A stretch of 64,000 nt of DNA from an uncultured Candidatus Saccharibacteria bacterium (GTDB lineage Bacteria > Patescibacteriota > Minisyncoccia > Phycocordibacterales > CAIZLB01): assembly GCA_964450605.1 (NCBI GenBank), contig CAYVEK010000002.1, positions 87,681 through 151,680 on the forward strand. The letters run 5' to 3'. The position numbers and the translations under genes are program-made. The notes beneath the pieces were generated by a model, which searched no databases, was not told where the DNA came from, and was given only the letters and a program-made list of their open reading frames with translations. Positions 27,062-35,380 of the stretch are shown one piece after another (positions within the stretch are counted from its first letter, which is position 1; every line of letters starts with the position of its first letter).

Positions 27062-27982
27062 CTATACCATATATGTCAGAGAATCCTCATAGGCAAGGTC
27101 TTCCCCTTTTAAGATCTTTTGGTATATGTCTTTCACCTTTGAAGTCAGCGGCCCTATCTTACCCTCACCTATCTTCCGCGCATCCACTTCAATAACAGGC
27201 GCTACAAAAGAAGACGTCCCGCAAGCAAAGACCTCATCTGCCACATACAATTCTGTTAAATCAATATTTCGTTCCATCACAGGAATATTCAAACTCTCCG
27301 CAATTTTAAAAATTATTTTTCTATTAATTCCCTCAAGAATATCATTAGATGAGTTTGGAGTAATCAAAGCTCTATTTCGCACAATGAAAATATTTGCCGC
27401 ACTCAACTCGCACACATGTCCGTCATTGTCTAAAAATATACAGTCATCATACCTACTGTCGAGTGCATCTTGTTTACCTAATACTGAGTTCACATACGCT
27501 CCATTAACTTTGGCTCTAGATGGTATTGAATAATCAGGAATACGTCGCCATACACTTGTTTTCAGCCGCACACCATTTTGAGGAATGATCGGATTGGCTT
27601 CATATATGAATATACTTAGCATCGTCTTAAGCCCTCTTGATCGAGTACCTGGAACCAAATCGACCACGTGTACTGTAGCTCTGACAAATGATAACGCAGT
27701 TATATTATTTGCTTTTATAACTTCTGATACAGCTTTTTCAAATCGCGCATAAGCCCACTCTGATTCAAAAGTATCAATGCCAATTATTTTTGATGAGTTG
27801 ATGAGTCGAGTGTAGTGATCTTTGAGATAGAGTGAAGCTATTCCTTTTTTAGTAGAAATAACTGGAAATACAGTGTATACACTGAGGCCATATAGTACAG
27901 CAGAACTCGCCACACTTAGATGAGCGTCTTCGATTGGGATGATTTTGTTTCCAAAATAGGCTTGAGGATGTATGTTGGACAT
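27062..27982 (-). CDS. Class IV aminotransferase (branched-chain amino acid / D-amino acid aminotransferase family)
   Basis: EVFACGTSSFVAPVIEVD and overall length fit fold type IV. Confidence 0.7.
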   Translation of the reverse strand: MSNIHPQAYFGNKIIPIEDAHLSVASSAVLYGLSVYTVFPVISTKKGIASLYLKDHYTRLINSSKIIGIDTFESEWAYARFEKAVSEVIKANNITALSFVRATVHVVDLVPGTRSRGLKTMLSIFIYEANPIIPQNGVRLKTSVWRRIPDYSIPSRAKVNGAYVNSVLGKQDALDSRYDDCIFLDNDGHVCELSAANIFIVRNRALITPNSSNDILEGINRKIIFKIAESLNIPVMERNIDLTELYVADEVFACGTSSFVAPVIEVDARKIGEGKIGPLTSKVKDIYQKILKGEDLAYEDSLTYMV

Positions 27983-28022
27983 TACGATAAATTATAAAGT
28001 TTTTTGTTAACAAAATCACTTG

Positions 28023-28094
28023 TTGCCAGACTTGGAATCGAACCAAGATTAACGGGATCAGAATCCGTTGTCCTACCTTTAGACGATCTGGCAA
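28023..28094 (-). tRNA. tRNA-Gln (anticodon CTG)
   Basis: Hand-folded cloverleaf: acceptor TGCCAGA/TCTGGCA (U1-A72); D arm GTCT-AAAGGTA-GGAC; anticodon loop TTCTGAT with one stem mismatch; T arm CTTGG-TTCGATT-CCAAG. No CCA is encoded. Confidence 0.7.
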
Positions 28095-28133
28095 TAGCCC
28101 CATTATACATATTTATAAAGTTTTTTCCACCAA

Positions 28134-28450
28134 CTCTTGACACCACAAAAAACCAGCGCTAGACTAAATTACGGCACCTTCAAAGGAATCTCTCTGATCT
28201 GTTTTCAGAAGAGCTCTTCCGGTCCTCAGGTGACCAACTTCCAACCAACCTGCCACCATCATGGCCCAACAAAAACCCAAACCACCTCGTCACGTATCTC
28301 ACCAGACCAGAAAAGGAGGGTCCTCCCCCCATTCAGGTCAAGCTCTCGCTGTCATCTGGGAAGGCCGAAAGCCTCCCAAGAAGCGGCACTGAGATCGTTA
28401 TCAACCCAAAACCCCGCCTCGGCATTACGCCGGGCGGGGTCCATTTTTTT
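28134..28450 (+). ncRNA. Candidate structured noncoding RNA or degraded GC-rich insert: TTGACA-17-TAGACT promoter, about 280 nt of ~55-60% GC sequence, then a strong intrinsic terminator (28411-28450)
   Basis: The only ORF (28137..28490) translates to a low-complexity peptide and reads through the terminator. An 11-bp GC-rich hairpin plus T7 closes the element. RNA family not identified. Confidence 0.25.
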
Positions 28451-28473
28451 ATATAACTCAACCAACCCTCCTT

Positions 28474-29724
28474 TTACTGAACACCATTAACTCCATCATA
28501 TTTAGCCTCACCAACTATAGTGTTATATGCAGGTCTATACAAAAACACTTTGTTGTTTTTCTCGTAGAGCAAGATAACATCTCCATCCTGTGCATACATA
28601 AACAAACTATTTTTTCCAACAGATGTCTTTCTTACCTCTTCTATACTTGTAATGGTATAGATAATGGGTGTCTCTTTAACCGAAAGAGTTGTCAATTTTT
28701 CAACTCGTTCAGCTATGATTTGGTCACCTGTTTTTCCAGCATCTTCTCGTGTAGTTTTTCCAAACATTTCTTCAAAAAACTTTTCAAAAGAAAAATCTTT
28801 CACATTTGCAGTTGGTACAACAACAGGCTCTGTTGCAATAACTGATCCTTGTAGGCCAAATTTGTCTGAATATTTTACAGTCTTTGTAATCTTTCTTCCT
28901 TTACTGTTGTATGCCTGACGAGTATCTGTTCCTGTAGATGTAAACTGTACAAGATAGCCGGCAAGTTTTCCGTCTTCTGCAGTGATCTCTATTTTTCCTT
29001 TTGCAAGGTTTTCTGCGAATTGTTTATTGTTCTTAATCTCTTTTGCTGTAAGTTTTCTATTTTTTGCTTTAGCAAGTTTATTTACGTTTGCGATTAAAAC
29101 TGCTGGTTTAACTTTTATAGAATACACAGTTTTTGTTCCAACTTTTTTTGTTGTAACAGAAAACCAGTTTGTATTTGTCCATATAGCATCAACAGCACTT
29201 AGTGTATCAACTGAATTACTTTGTTTTGTTTTCTTAAATTCTGAACCATCAACACGTAGCCATACTCCACTGTATTGATCAAGGGCTGTTGTGTACAGTT
29301 TCTGCTGTGCGATTTTTACATACTCTGGATACATGTATACATACATCGCTTTTAAACTCGTATCATCATTTGCAATGGCAACTATGATATCAAACGGAAT
29401 CGCATAGTCATACATCAACATATATTCCGATGTAATATACATAGTACCTTTTAGCTCCACCAGATTATTTATATTATCTGTAGAAATCTTTAAATCTGCT
29501 TTTACCTTAGAAGTATCTTTTTTTGTTTTTGCACCTGGCTCAGTTATAGTTTCAACTGAGTCAACTTTAAAACTGATCTGTTCAGTACCGTTTAAACTTT
29601 CAGAAAGGAGTGGTGATTGTTTAAACAACTCCATTACTTTATCTTCTAACATACCGGCTTTTGCAGACGTCGCCCATGATAACGTCAAAAGGAACACTGT
29701 TAGGCTAAATATTATTTTTTTCAT
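28474..29724 (-). CDS. Secreted hypothetical protein (416 aa) with signal peptide
   Basis: MKKIIFSLTVFLLTLSWATSAKA signal; no known domain. Confidence 0.4.
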   Translation of the reverse strand: MKKIIFSLTVFLLTLSWATSAKAGMLEDKVMELFKQSPLLSESLNGTEQISFKVDSVETITEPGAKTKKDTSKVKADLKISTDNINNLVELKGTMYITSEYMLMYDYAIPFDIIVAIANDDTSLKAMYVYMYPEYVKIAQQKLYTTALDQYSGVWLRVDGSEFKKTKQSNSVDTLSAVDAIWTNTNWFSVTTKKVGTKTVYSIKVKPAVLIANVNKLAKAKNRKLTAKEIKNNKQFAENLAKGKIEITAEDGKLAGYLVQFTSTGTDTRQAYNSKGRKITKTVKYSDKFGLQGSVIATEPVVVPTANVKDFSFEKFFEEMFGKTTREDAGKTGDQIIAERVEKLTTLSVKETPIIYTITSIEEVRKTSVGKNSLFMYAQDGDVILLYEKNNKVFLYRPAYNTIVGEAKYDGVNGVQ

Positions 29725-29783
29725 ATGTATATTGTATCTGTTTTTATGCTTGTTTTACAAGGTTTTTTAAGGGTTTATATAAC

Positions 29784-29811
29784 TTGACAATGGGCTCAAA
29801 TATGGTATAAT
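29784..29811 (+). promoter_or_regulatory. Sigma-70-like promoter TTGACA-16-TATAAT, followed by a 5'UTR hairpin (atcgtgg-aaaagta-ccacgat, 29826-29846)
   Basis: Consensus hexamers; perfect 7-bp hairpin. Confidence 0.5.
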
Positions 29812-29880
29812 ATATACATCCTGACAAATCGTGGAAAAGTACCACGATCCAGGCTCAACCAAAACTCCAGCACACGAACC

Positions 29881-30189
29881 ATGAAACTTGTTAAAATTCT
29901 CTTCGCCGTCCTGACCGCCGCCACCTTCAGCTCCTGCACCATCGAGGTGCAGAGCCGGGGAGGTTACAGCGGTGGCGGACCCGTGGTCCGCCCGCTGACC
30001 GGAAACCCCTACACCTATCAAGGCGGAGGGTACTACGGCCGGCCGGCCCCGACGGTCCGGCCCCAGACCCCCTACCGGCCCAATGGCCGGGCCTATCCGG
30101 AGGAAACCTCCGGATTTGTAGGGGTCCCGTGGACCCAGGCAGAAAAGAACGAAATGAGGTTCTCGACCTCAAAATGGGGTGGGTTGTAA
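29881..30189 (+). CDS. Small GC-rich (~65%) Gly/Pro/Tyr-rich putative lipoprotein
   Basis: Signal peptide with ...TFSSC lipobox-like site. A compound hairpin terminator lies at 30214-30258. Composition is strikingly different from its neighbours. Confidence 0.4.
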   Translation: MKLVKILFAVLTAATFSSCTIEVQSRGGYSGGGPVVRPLTGNPYTYQGGGYYGRPAPTVRPQTPYRPNGRAYPEETSGFVGVPWTQAEKNEMRFSTSKWGGL

Positions 30190-30272
30190 AACCCTGCCCC
30201 CCTATCTGCCAAAACCCCCGGACCACACTCACACTGTGGCACCCGGGGGTCTTTTTTTATATACACCAAAAC

Positions 30273-31190
30273 CTATATCTTCAAATATTTTCGTATCGCC
30301 AAGAAACTTGAAACTGCACCGAGACACGCACCAACAACTGCAAGGCTAAGTATGAGTAGTGGCAGATTGTCCTGATAGTAACTAAACAAGTTTACACCTG
30401 TACCAAGTTTTTCAGTCCACTCACCTGCCCAGTGTGATAATGGGAACAAGATAAGCACAGTAACTATCGCCGACACAACTCCATACAGTATGCCAACCGT
30501 CACAAATGGACCTCGTATATATGTCTCACTCGCTCCAACAAGTCGCATAACAGATATCTCTTCACGGAAGATATAGATAGCGAGTCGTATTGTGTTAAAC
30601 GTGATGAGTATAGAAACTATAGCAAAGAATATGACAAGAAGAACTCCAAGTTTGTTTGATGCAGTGATGATACGTGACAATGCGTCGATAGCCTGCTTGT
30701 TTTTTGTGTAGTTTATTTTATCAATGATATCACTGTCTCCACTTTCTTTTTGTTTTAAATACTCTACGATAGCATCATATTGTGAGGGATCTTTAGCTTT
30801 AATGTTCATACTTGCAGGAAGTGGATTTTCCCCGATCTCATTGAGAGCCTGGAGTGTAGCTTCTTCTTCCTGGTGTCGAGCTCGAAAACGATCATATGCA
30901 TCTTTTCGAGATATGTATTCTACTTCAGCAACTTCTGGTCTCTTTTGCACATCTTTGATGGATGCCAAGATCTGATCTTCGCTTGCTGTTTTTACAAAAT
31001 ACACATTTATATCAACTTTGCTTTTTATAGTTTCAAGGGTTGAAGAAAGTACAACTCCTGAAAATACAATCATTGATATAACAGTCAGAGTAACTGTCAT
31101 GATAAGAACAGATGCAAGAGAAACAGAACCATTTCTCCAAAAACTGATTGCTCCTGATTTTATAATTCGTTTAAGCTTTGTGAAAAACAT
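30273..31190 (-). CDS. ftsX: Cell division permease FtsX
   Basis: Four-TM topology with a large extracytoplasmic loop; adjacent to ftsE. Confidence 0.8.
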   Translation of the reverse strand: MFFTKLKRIIKSGAISFWRNGSVSLASVLIMTVTLTVISMIVFSGVVLSSTLETIKSKVDINVYFVKTASEDQILASIKDVQKRPEVAEVEYISRKDAYDRFRARHQEEEATLQALNEIGENPLPASMNIKAKDPSQYDAIVEYLKQKESGDSDIIDKINYTKNKQAIDALSRIITASNKLGVLLVIFFAIVSILITFNTIRLAIYIFREEISVMRLVGASETYIRGPFVTVGILYGVVSAIVTVLILFPLSHWAGEWTEKLGTGVNLFSYYQDNLPLLILSLAVVGACLGAVSSFLAIRKYLKI

Positions 31191-31209
31191 ATAGTATTAA
31201 ATATTTGAT

Positions 31210-31890
31210 TTATAAAATATACTTACCTTCTGGACTATCGAGAACTACGCGGCCATCTTTCATAGTTATAACTCTTCGACCAAGATTATCTATCACACCA
31301 ACATTGTGTGTTGTAAGAATAATAGTTGTTCCAAGATCATTGATCTTTTTCAACAACTGAATAATCTCATATGTGTTTACTGGATCAAGATTTCCTGTAG
31401 GCTCATCAGCAATAATAAGATCTGGCTGATTAACGATCGCTCGAGCAATAGCAATACGCTGTCTCTCTCCTCCTGAAAGTTCATCAGGAAAGTTATGCGC
31501 TTTATGTTTAAGACCAACAAGCTCAAGTGCATGTGGTACATCTGACTCTATCTCTTCGTCAGGACGACCTGCTGCTTCCATGGCGAATGCTACATTTTCA
31601 TAGGCTGTTTTATCTGGCAACAAACGAAAATCCTGAAATACTGTTCCAACACGTCGACGATATTCATTTATCTGTCGCTTTTTAAGTTTGTGAATATTTA
31701 CCTCTTCAAAAGTCATCTCGCCCTCTGTAGGTATCTCTTCCGCAAGTATAAGTTTAAGAAGTGTAGTCTTTCCTGCACCTGAATGTCCGACAATAGACAC
31801 AAATTCTTTTGGTTTAATATGAATATTTATATCTTTAAGCGCTATATCACCTGTATGATACAGCTTAGTTACTTTATTGAACTTCAGCAT
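31210..31890 (-). CDS. ftsE: Cell division ABC ATPase FtsE
   Basis: Walker A GHSGAGKTT, LSGGERQR signature, Walker B IIADEPT. Confidence 0.9.
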   Translation of the reverse strand: MLKFNKVTKLYHTGDIALKDINIHIKPKEFVSIVGHSGAGKTTLLKLILAEEIPTEGEMTFEEVNIHKLKKRQINEYRRRVGTVFQDFRLLPDKTAYENVAFAMEAAGRPDEEIESDVPHALELVGLKHKAHNFPDELSGGERQRIAIARAIVNQPDLIIADEPTGNLDPVNTYEIIQLLKKINDLGTTIILTTHNVGVIDNLGRRVITMKDGRVVLDSPEGKYIL

Positions 31891-31898
31891 GGGTATTA

Positions 31899-32774
31899 TT
31901 ATAGCATGTTTCGCTCTGCGTCCAAGAATGCATCTATATCCCCATCAAGCACATCGTCAACAGAACTTGTTTCGTACTCAGTTCTATGATCTTTAACCAT
32001 CTTGTATGGATGAAGCACATATGAACGTATCTGATTTCCCCACTCTACACTCACCTGTGATGTGGTTGATAAACCTTTTTCTTTTGCTAAAGCATCTTCT
32101 TCTTGTTTCTTGAGCAACTTTGCCTGTATGATAGCTATAGCCTTTTCTTTGTTTTGACCTTGTGATCGCTCGGTTGTTACATGTACCGATATGCCTGTTG
32201 GTTTGTGAACTACACGTACCGCAGTTTCTCTTTTATTTACATTTTGTCCACCCGGACCTCCTGCTCGAGCAAATGATATATCCAAATCACTTTCTGGGAT
32301 CGAAGCATCTATTTTAAATTCTACTTTTGGTACCACTTCAACTAAAACAAATGAAGTATGCCTTTGACTCTTTGCATTAAATGGAGAAACACGCACCAGT
32401 CTATGAACTCCTGACTCGTGTTTAAGCCTACCATAAGAACCCCTACCCTTTATCTCAAACATTACTTGTTTATATCCACCTAAACTATTTTCATGGTCAT
32501 GCAAAAGCGTCAAACCCCAACCTTGTTTTTCTGCATATTTTCTATACATAGAAAAAAGCATACCTGCAAAATCTTCAGCATCATCACCTCCTGCGCCGGC
32601 TATGATAGTTATGATGGCATCCATCTGTGAATAGTCTTGAGCCAGTAGTTCTTGTTTAAGATCCTGAAGCTCTCGCATCATAAGTTTTGCTTTTTCAGCA
32701 TCAACCCAAAAATCCGGCTGAACCATAGCAACCTCTATTTCTTCTATACGTTTTTTTGTCAGAGCAAGTGACAT
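31899..32774 (-). CDS. prfB: Peptide chain release factor 2 with a strongly shortened domain 1 and no programmed +1 frameshift site
   Basis: SPF motif and GGQ motif ([12 protein letters not shown]) are present. The protein is 291 aa versus about 365 in E. coli. Only 23 bp separate the ATG from tRNA-Thr, leaving no room for a frameshift leader. Confidence 0.85.
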   Translation of the reverse strand: MSLALTKKRIEEIEVAMVQPDFWVDAEKAKLMMRELQDLKQELLAQDYSQMDAIITIIAGAGGDDAEDFAGMLFSMYRKYAEKQGWGLTLLHDHENSLGGYKQVMFEIKGRGSYGRLKHESGVHRLVRVSPFNAKSQRHTSFVLVEVVPKVEFKIDASIPESDLDISFARAGGPGGQNVNKRETAVRVVHKPTGISVHVTTERSQGQNKEKAIAIIQAKLLKKQEEDALAKEKGLSTTSQVSVEWGNQIRSYVLHPYKMVKDHRTEYETSSVDDVLDGDIDAFLDAERNML

Positions 32775-32797
32775 TGGTGTAAATATAGCACACTAGG

Positions 32798-32870
32798 AGC
32801 CAAAGGCGAGGATCGAACTCGCGACCTATGCGCTACGAGTGCATTGCTCTACCAACTGAGCTACTTTGGC
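32798..32870 (-). tRNA. tRNA-Thr (anticodon CGT)
   Basis: Hand-folded: acceptor GCCAAAG/CTTTGGC; D arm GCTC-AGTTGGTA-GAGC; anticodon loop CTCGTAG; T arm GCGAG-TTCGATC-CTCGC. Confidence 0.7.
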
Positions 32871-33056
32871 GAAAACTTTCGTTTTTCAGAAAAAGTTCGG
32901 AATATTTTTCTGCTGAAAAATTTCCTCTGCCTCGGAGCCAAGCTCCTGCGGCAAGCCTTTTTCTTCAAAACTCAAGTTTTGATTATATATCTACTGTGAA
33001 AGACTGCATTTGCAGGAGCGAAGCTCCGAAATCGCAGTCTGAAGCATTGGATATAT

Positions 33057-33326
33057 TTATTTCATAAGTTCAGCCAACTTCTCTCGATGCTCTTTCATCA
33101 CTGCCATAGTTGCCTCCATCTGTCCTTTTCCCTTTTTCATCTCCTCCTGTATCTTGTCACCTATCTGTTTAAAAAACTCAGGATTCTTTTGAACCATAGC
33201 AATAATCTTTTCCTGTTGATCAGCAGGAACGTCTTTAAGTTGCCGTTTTAATAATTGTTTTGTTAGGAAATCTTTAAAAAATGCCATATGAGAACTACTG
33301 TACCAAAGACACACGAAGTTCTGCAA
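33057..33326 (-). CDS. Small hypothetical protein (likely start at MAFFKDF)
   Basis: Charged, helical; no known domain. Confidence 0.3.
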   Translation of the reverse strand: MQNFVCLWYSSSHMAFFKDFLTKQLLKRQLKDVPADQQEKIIAMVQKNPEFFKQIGDKIQEEMKKGKGQMEATMAVMKEHREKLAELMK

Positions 33327-34185
33327 CTGTACGCTCTGCCGCTTGTAGTGTTATAACTGCACGCTCTAGATCAGATGAGACTAGATAGTCTTCTGACTTT
33401 TTAAGGGCTGCCTTGGCTGTATCTACTAACTCTTTTTTATCGTCGGTAACTTTAAATGAATCTAGCTCTGTATATAAAGCTGATATCTTTTTCTTTACAG
33501 TCTCTGGCGTTGAAGATGCTATGTCATCTTCTGGTTCTATAGCTAGTTTAACAACTTCTTTCTTTTCAAGTTTAAGTCGTAGATCTGTTGCAGCAAGAAC
33601 TTCTTCAACAACAACTGGAGAAACTGTATATAGCTGATCAGCCTTTAGAGCAGTTTCTAGATCGAGAACTATCTCTTTTGCTTCGGTTATTTTATTTTCT
33701 TTAACAAGAGCAGCCACTCTGTTTCTAACCTCACGAGATCTGTTTGATAGCTGGGCAACAAGTATATCTTTTTTAGTCTCACTATCTGTAACAGCTTTTA
33801 GTGCATATATCTCTCGCTGAGCTTTGGATAGAGACATCTTTGCTTGAATACTTGATTCTGAACTTGCAACCTCTCCCGCCACTTGAGAAAAGTTTGTCCA
33901 GAATACATGTGAATAGTTTACAAAAATACCGAGAAGCACTATCGGCAATACATAAAACGCATATTGTAGTTTTGTTTTAAACAATATGTCGAAAGGATTC
34001 TGAATATTTACAAATGGAGATTTGACATTGTGCTTATATGCACCTGATTCTATATCTTGTGTGATACGAGCAAAGAGAGAGTTTTTTTCAGAAACAGACA
34101 AAGACGCAGACTTTTCAAGTCGTCGAGATACAGGATTTTTTAGATCCTTCAACATATTCTCAATGTTTGAATTATGCTTTGTCAT
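33295..34185 (-). CDS. Putative anti-sigma factor (single-pass membrane protein), translationally coupled to the upstream ECF sigma factor
   Basis: 14-bp overlap with the sigma gene; TM helix near residues 85-105; coiled-coil extracytoplasmic part. Confidence 0.35.
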   Translation of the reverse strand: MTKHNSNIENMLKDLKNPVSRRLEKSASLSVSEKNSLFARITQDIESGAYKHNVKSPFVNIQNPFDILFKTKLQYAFYVLPIVLLGIFVNYSHVFWTNFSQVAGEVASSESSIQAKMSLSKAQREIYALKAVTDSETKKDILVAQLSNRSREVRNRVAALVKENKITEAKEIVLDLETALKADQLYTVSPVVVEEVLAATDLRLKLEKKEVVKLAIEPEDDIASSTPETVKKKISALYTELDSFKVTDDKKELVDTAKAALKKSEDYLVSSDLERAVITLQAAERTVAELRVSLVQ

Positions 34186-34780
34186 ATTTTTTCTTTAGAG
34201 TTTCAATAATACGATGAATCTGTACTGAGATAGTGTTTTCACGTTCACCAAGTGCTTGAGCTATATCAGATACGGACATATCTTCGATATATCTCATATA
34301 CAATAGCTCCTGCTGTTTTGGTTTAAGTTCTTTGATCTTGCCCAAAAGATGTTTGTGATCTAAACCTACCTCTACTGCCTCAAAGGCCTCATCATCATAA
34401 TCTATCTCGAAACCTTCATCGATAAGTGCGTCTAGTGAATGGTTTTTCTTTGATCGATAATGATCTATGATGGCGTTTCGAACAGATCTGAAAAGGAAAG
34501 CTCTGTGATTTAACCCTTGAGAGTGCTCAGACTCTGAGTCTCTCACCTTTTTAAGGTGACCAAAATAGTTCACAAACACATCTTGAACAACGTCAGTTGC
34601 TTTATCTCTGTCAGTAAGACGGAAAAAAGCAAACTTTATCAACGCGTCAACATGTTCTCTGTACAATTGTTCAAAGTACTGATAAAACTCCGTTTCTGAA
34701 ATAGATCGTATATCGTGAGCTGTTGTCACCTGTGTGTGCGAGTCTGACATATGCTTTTGTATATACTGATCGTCCTTCAT
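34172..34780 (-). CDS. ECF-type sigma-70 family RNA polymerase sigma factor
   Basis: Region 2 (DVVQDVFVNYF) and region 4 helix-turn-helix (MSVSDIAQALGERENTISVQIHR). Confidence 0.75.
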   Translation of the reverse strand: MKDDQYIQKHMSDSHTQVTTAHDIRSISETEFYQYFEQLYREHVDALIKFAFFRLTDRDKATDVVQDVFVNYFGHLKKVRDSESEHSQGLNHRAFLFRSVRNAIIDHYRSKKNHSLDALIDEGFEIDYDDEAFEAVEVGLDHKHLLGKIKELKPKQQELLYMRYIEDMSVSDIAQALGERENTISVQIHRIIETLKKKYDKA

Positions 34781-34854
34781 ATAAGATAACGTAATAAATG
34801 TATATATATTACAAGTATTCAGGCCTAAAAAAAGCCTTTATTTATAAGATGAAA

Positions 34855-35319
34855 TTAGAGGACTTCTGGACCCTGCAATCGCAAATCCATCAGTACAAAT
34901 TCTTGGTTTAAATAATAATTTGGAAGCACCGCACGTATCTTGAAACCAAACTTCTCATAGAACGGCCTAGCCTTCCAATGCATACCTGTTTCAAGCTTTA
35001 TAACATGGCACTCTTTCTCTCGGGCAGAATCGATAAGATGTTGAACCAAAAGTTTACCCACACCCTTACCCCGCTCGCTCTGTTTTACTATAACAGCATC
35101 TATGGAAGCAACGCCGGTGTTAGTCTCCATAACAGCATAGCCTATAATGGCTTGATTTTCATCTCGAGCAACGTATACAGCCTTTCGCTTTGGGTATTCT
35201 TTTGTAACTTCGCCTACATGATCTCCATCAGACAAAGACCACTCGGTAGAGTTGAACTCGTCGAGTACGTCTGGATGTTTTTTGAGATCAAATTCACGAA
35301 TACTTATCTCTTTATGCAT
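34855..35319 (-). CDS. GNAT family N-acetyltransferase
   Basis: VKQSERGKGVGKLLVQHL acetyl-CoA binding motif. Confidence 0.75.
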   Translation of the reverse strand: MHKEISIREFDLKKHPDVLDEFNSTEWSLSDGDHVGEVTKEYPKRKAVYVARDENQAIIGYAVMETNTGVASIDAVIVKQSERGKGVGKLLVQHLIDSAREKECHVIKLETGMHWKARPFYEKFGFKIRAVLPNYYLNQEFVLMDLRLQGPEVL

Positions 35320-35380
35320 AACGTCTTATAGTATAGCACACATAAGGGTTTTTGGCTTTAATAGCTTTTTATAATTAAGA

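Noticed and set aside
28137-28490. 117-aa ORF across the GC-rich module
   Set aside because: The translation is Ser/Pro/Thr/Arg-rich low complexity and reads through a strong hairpin terminator. I treat the region as noncoding or a decayed gene.
32775-32797. Programmed +1 frameshift leader for prfB
   Set aside because: Only 23 bp separate the prfB ATG from tRNA-Thr, and no CUU-UGA-C context or upstream short frame is present.
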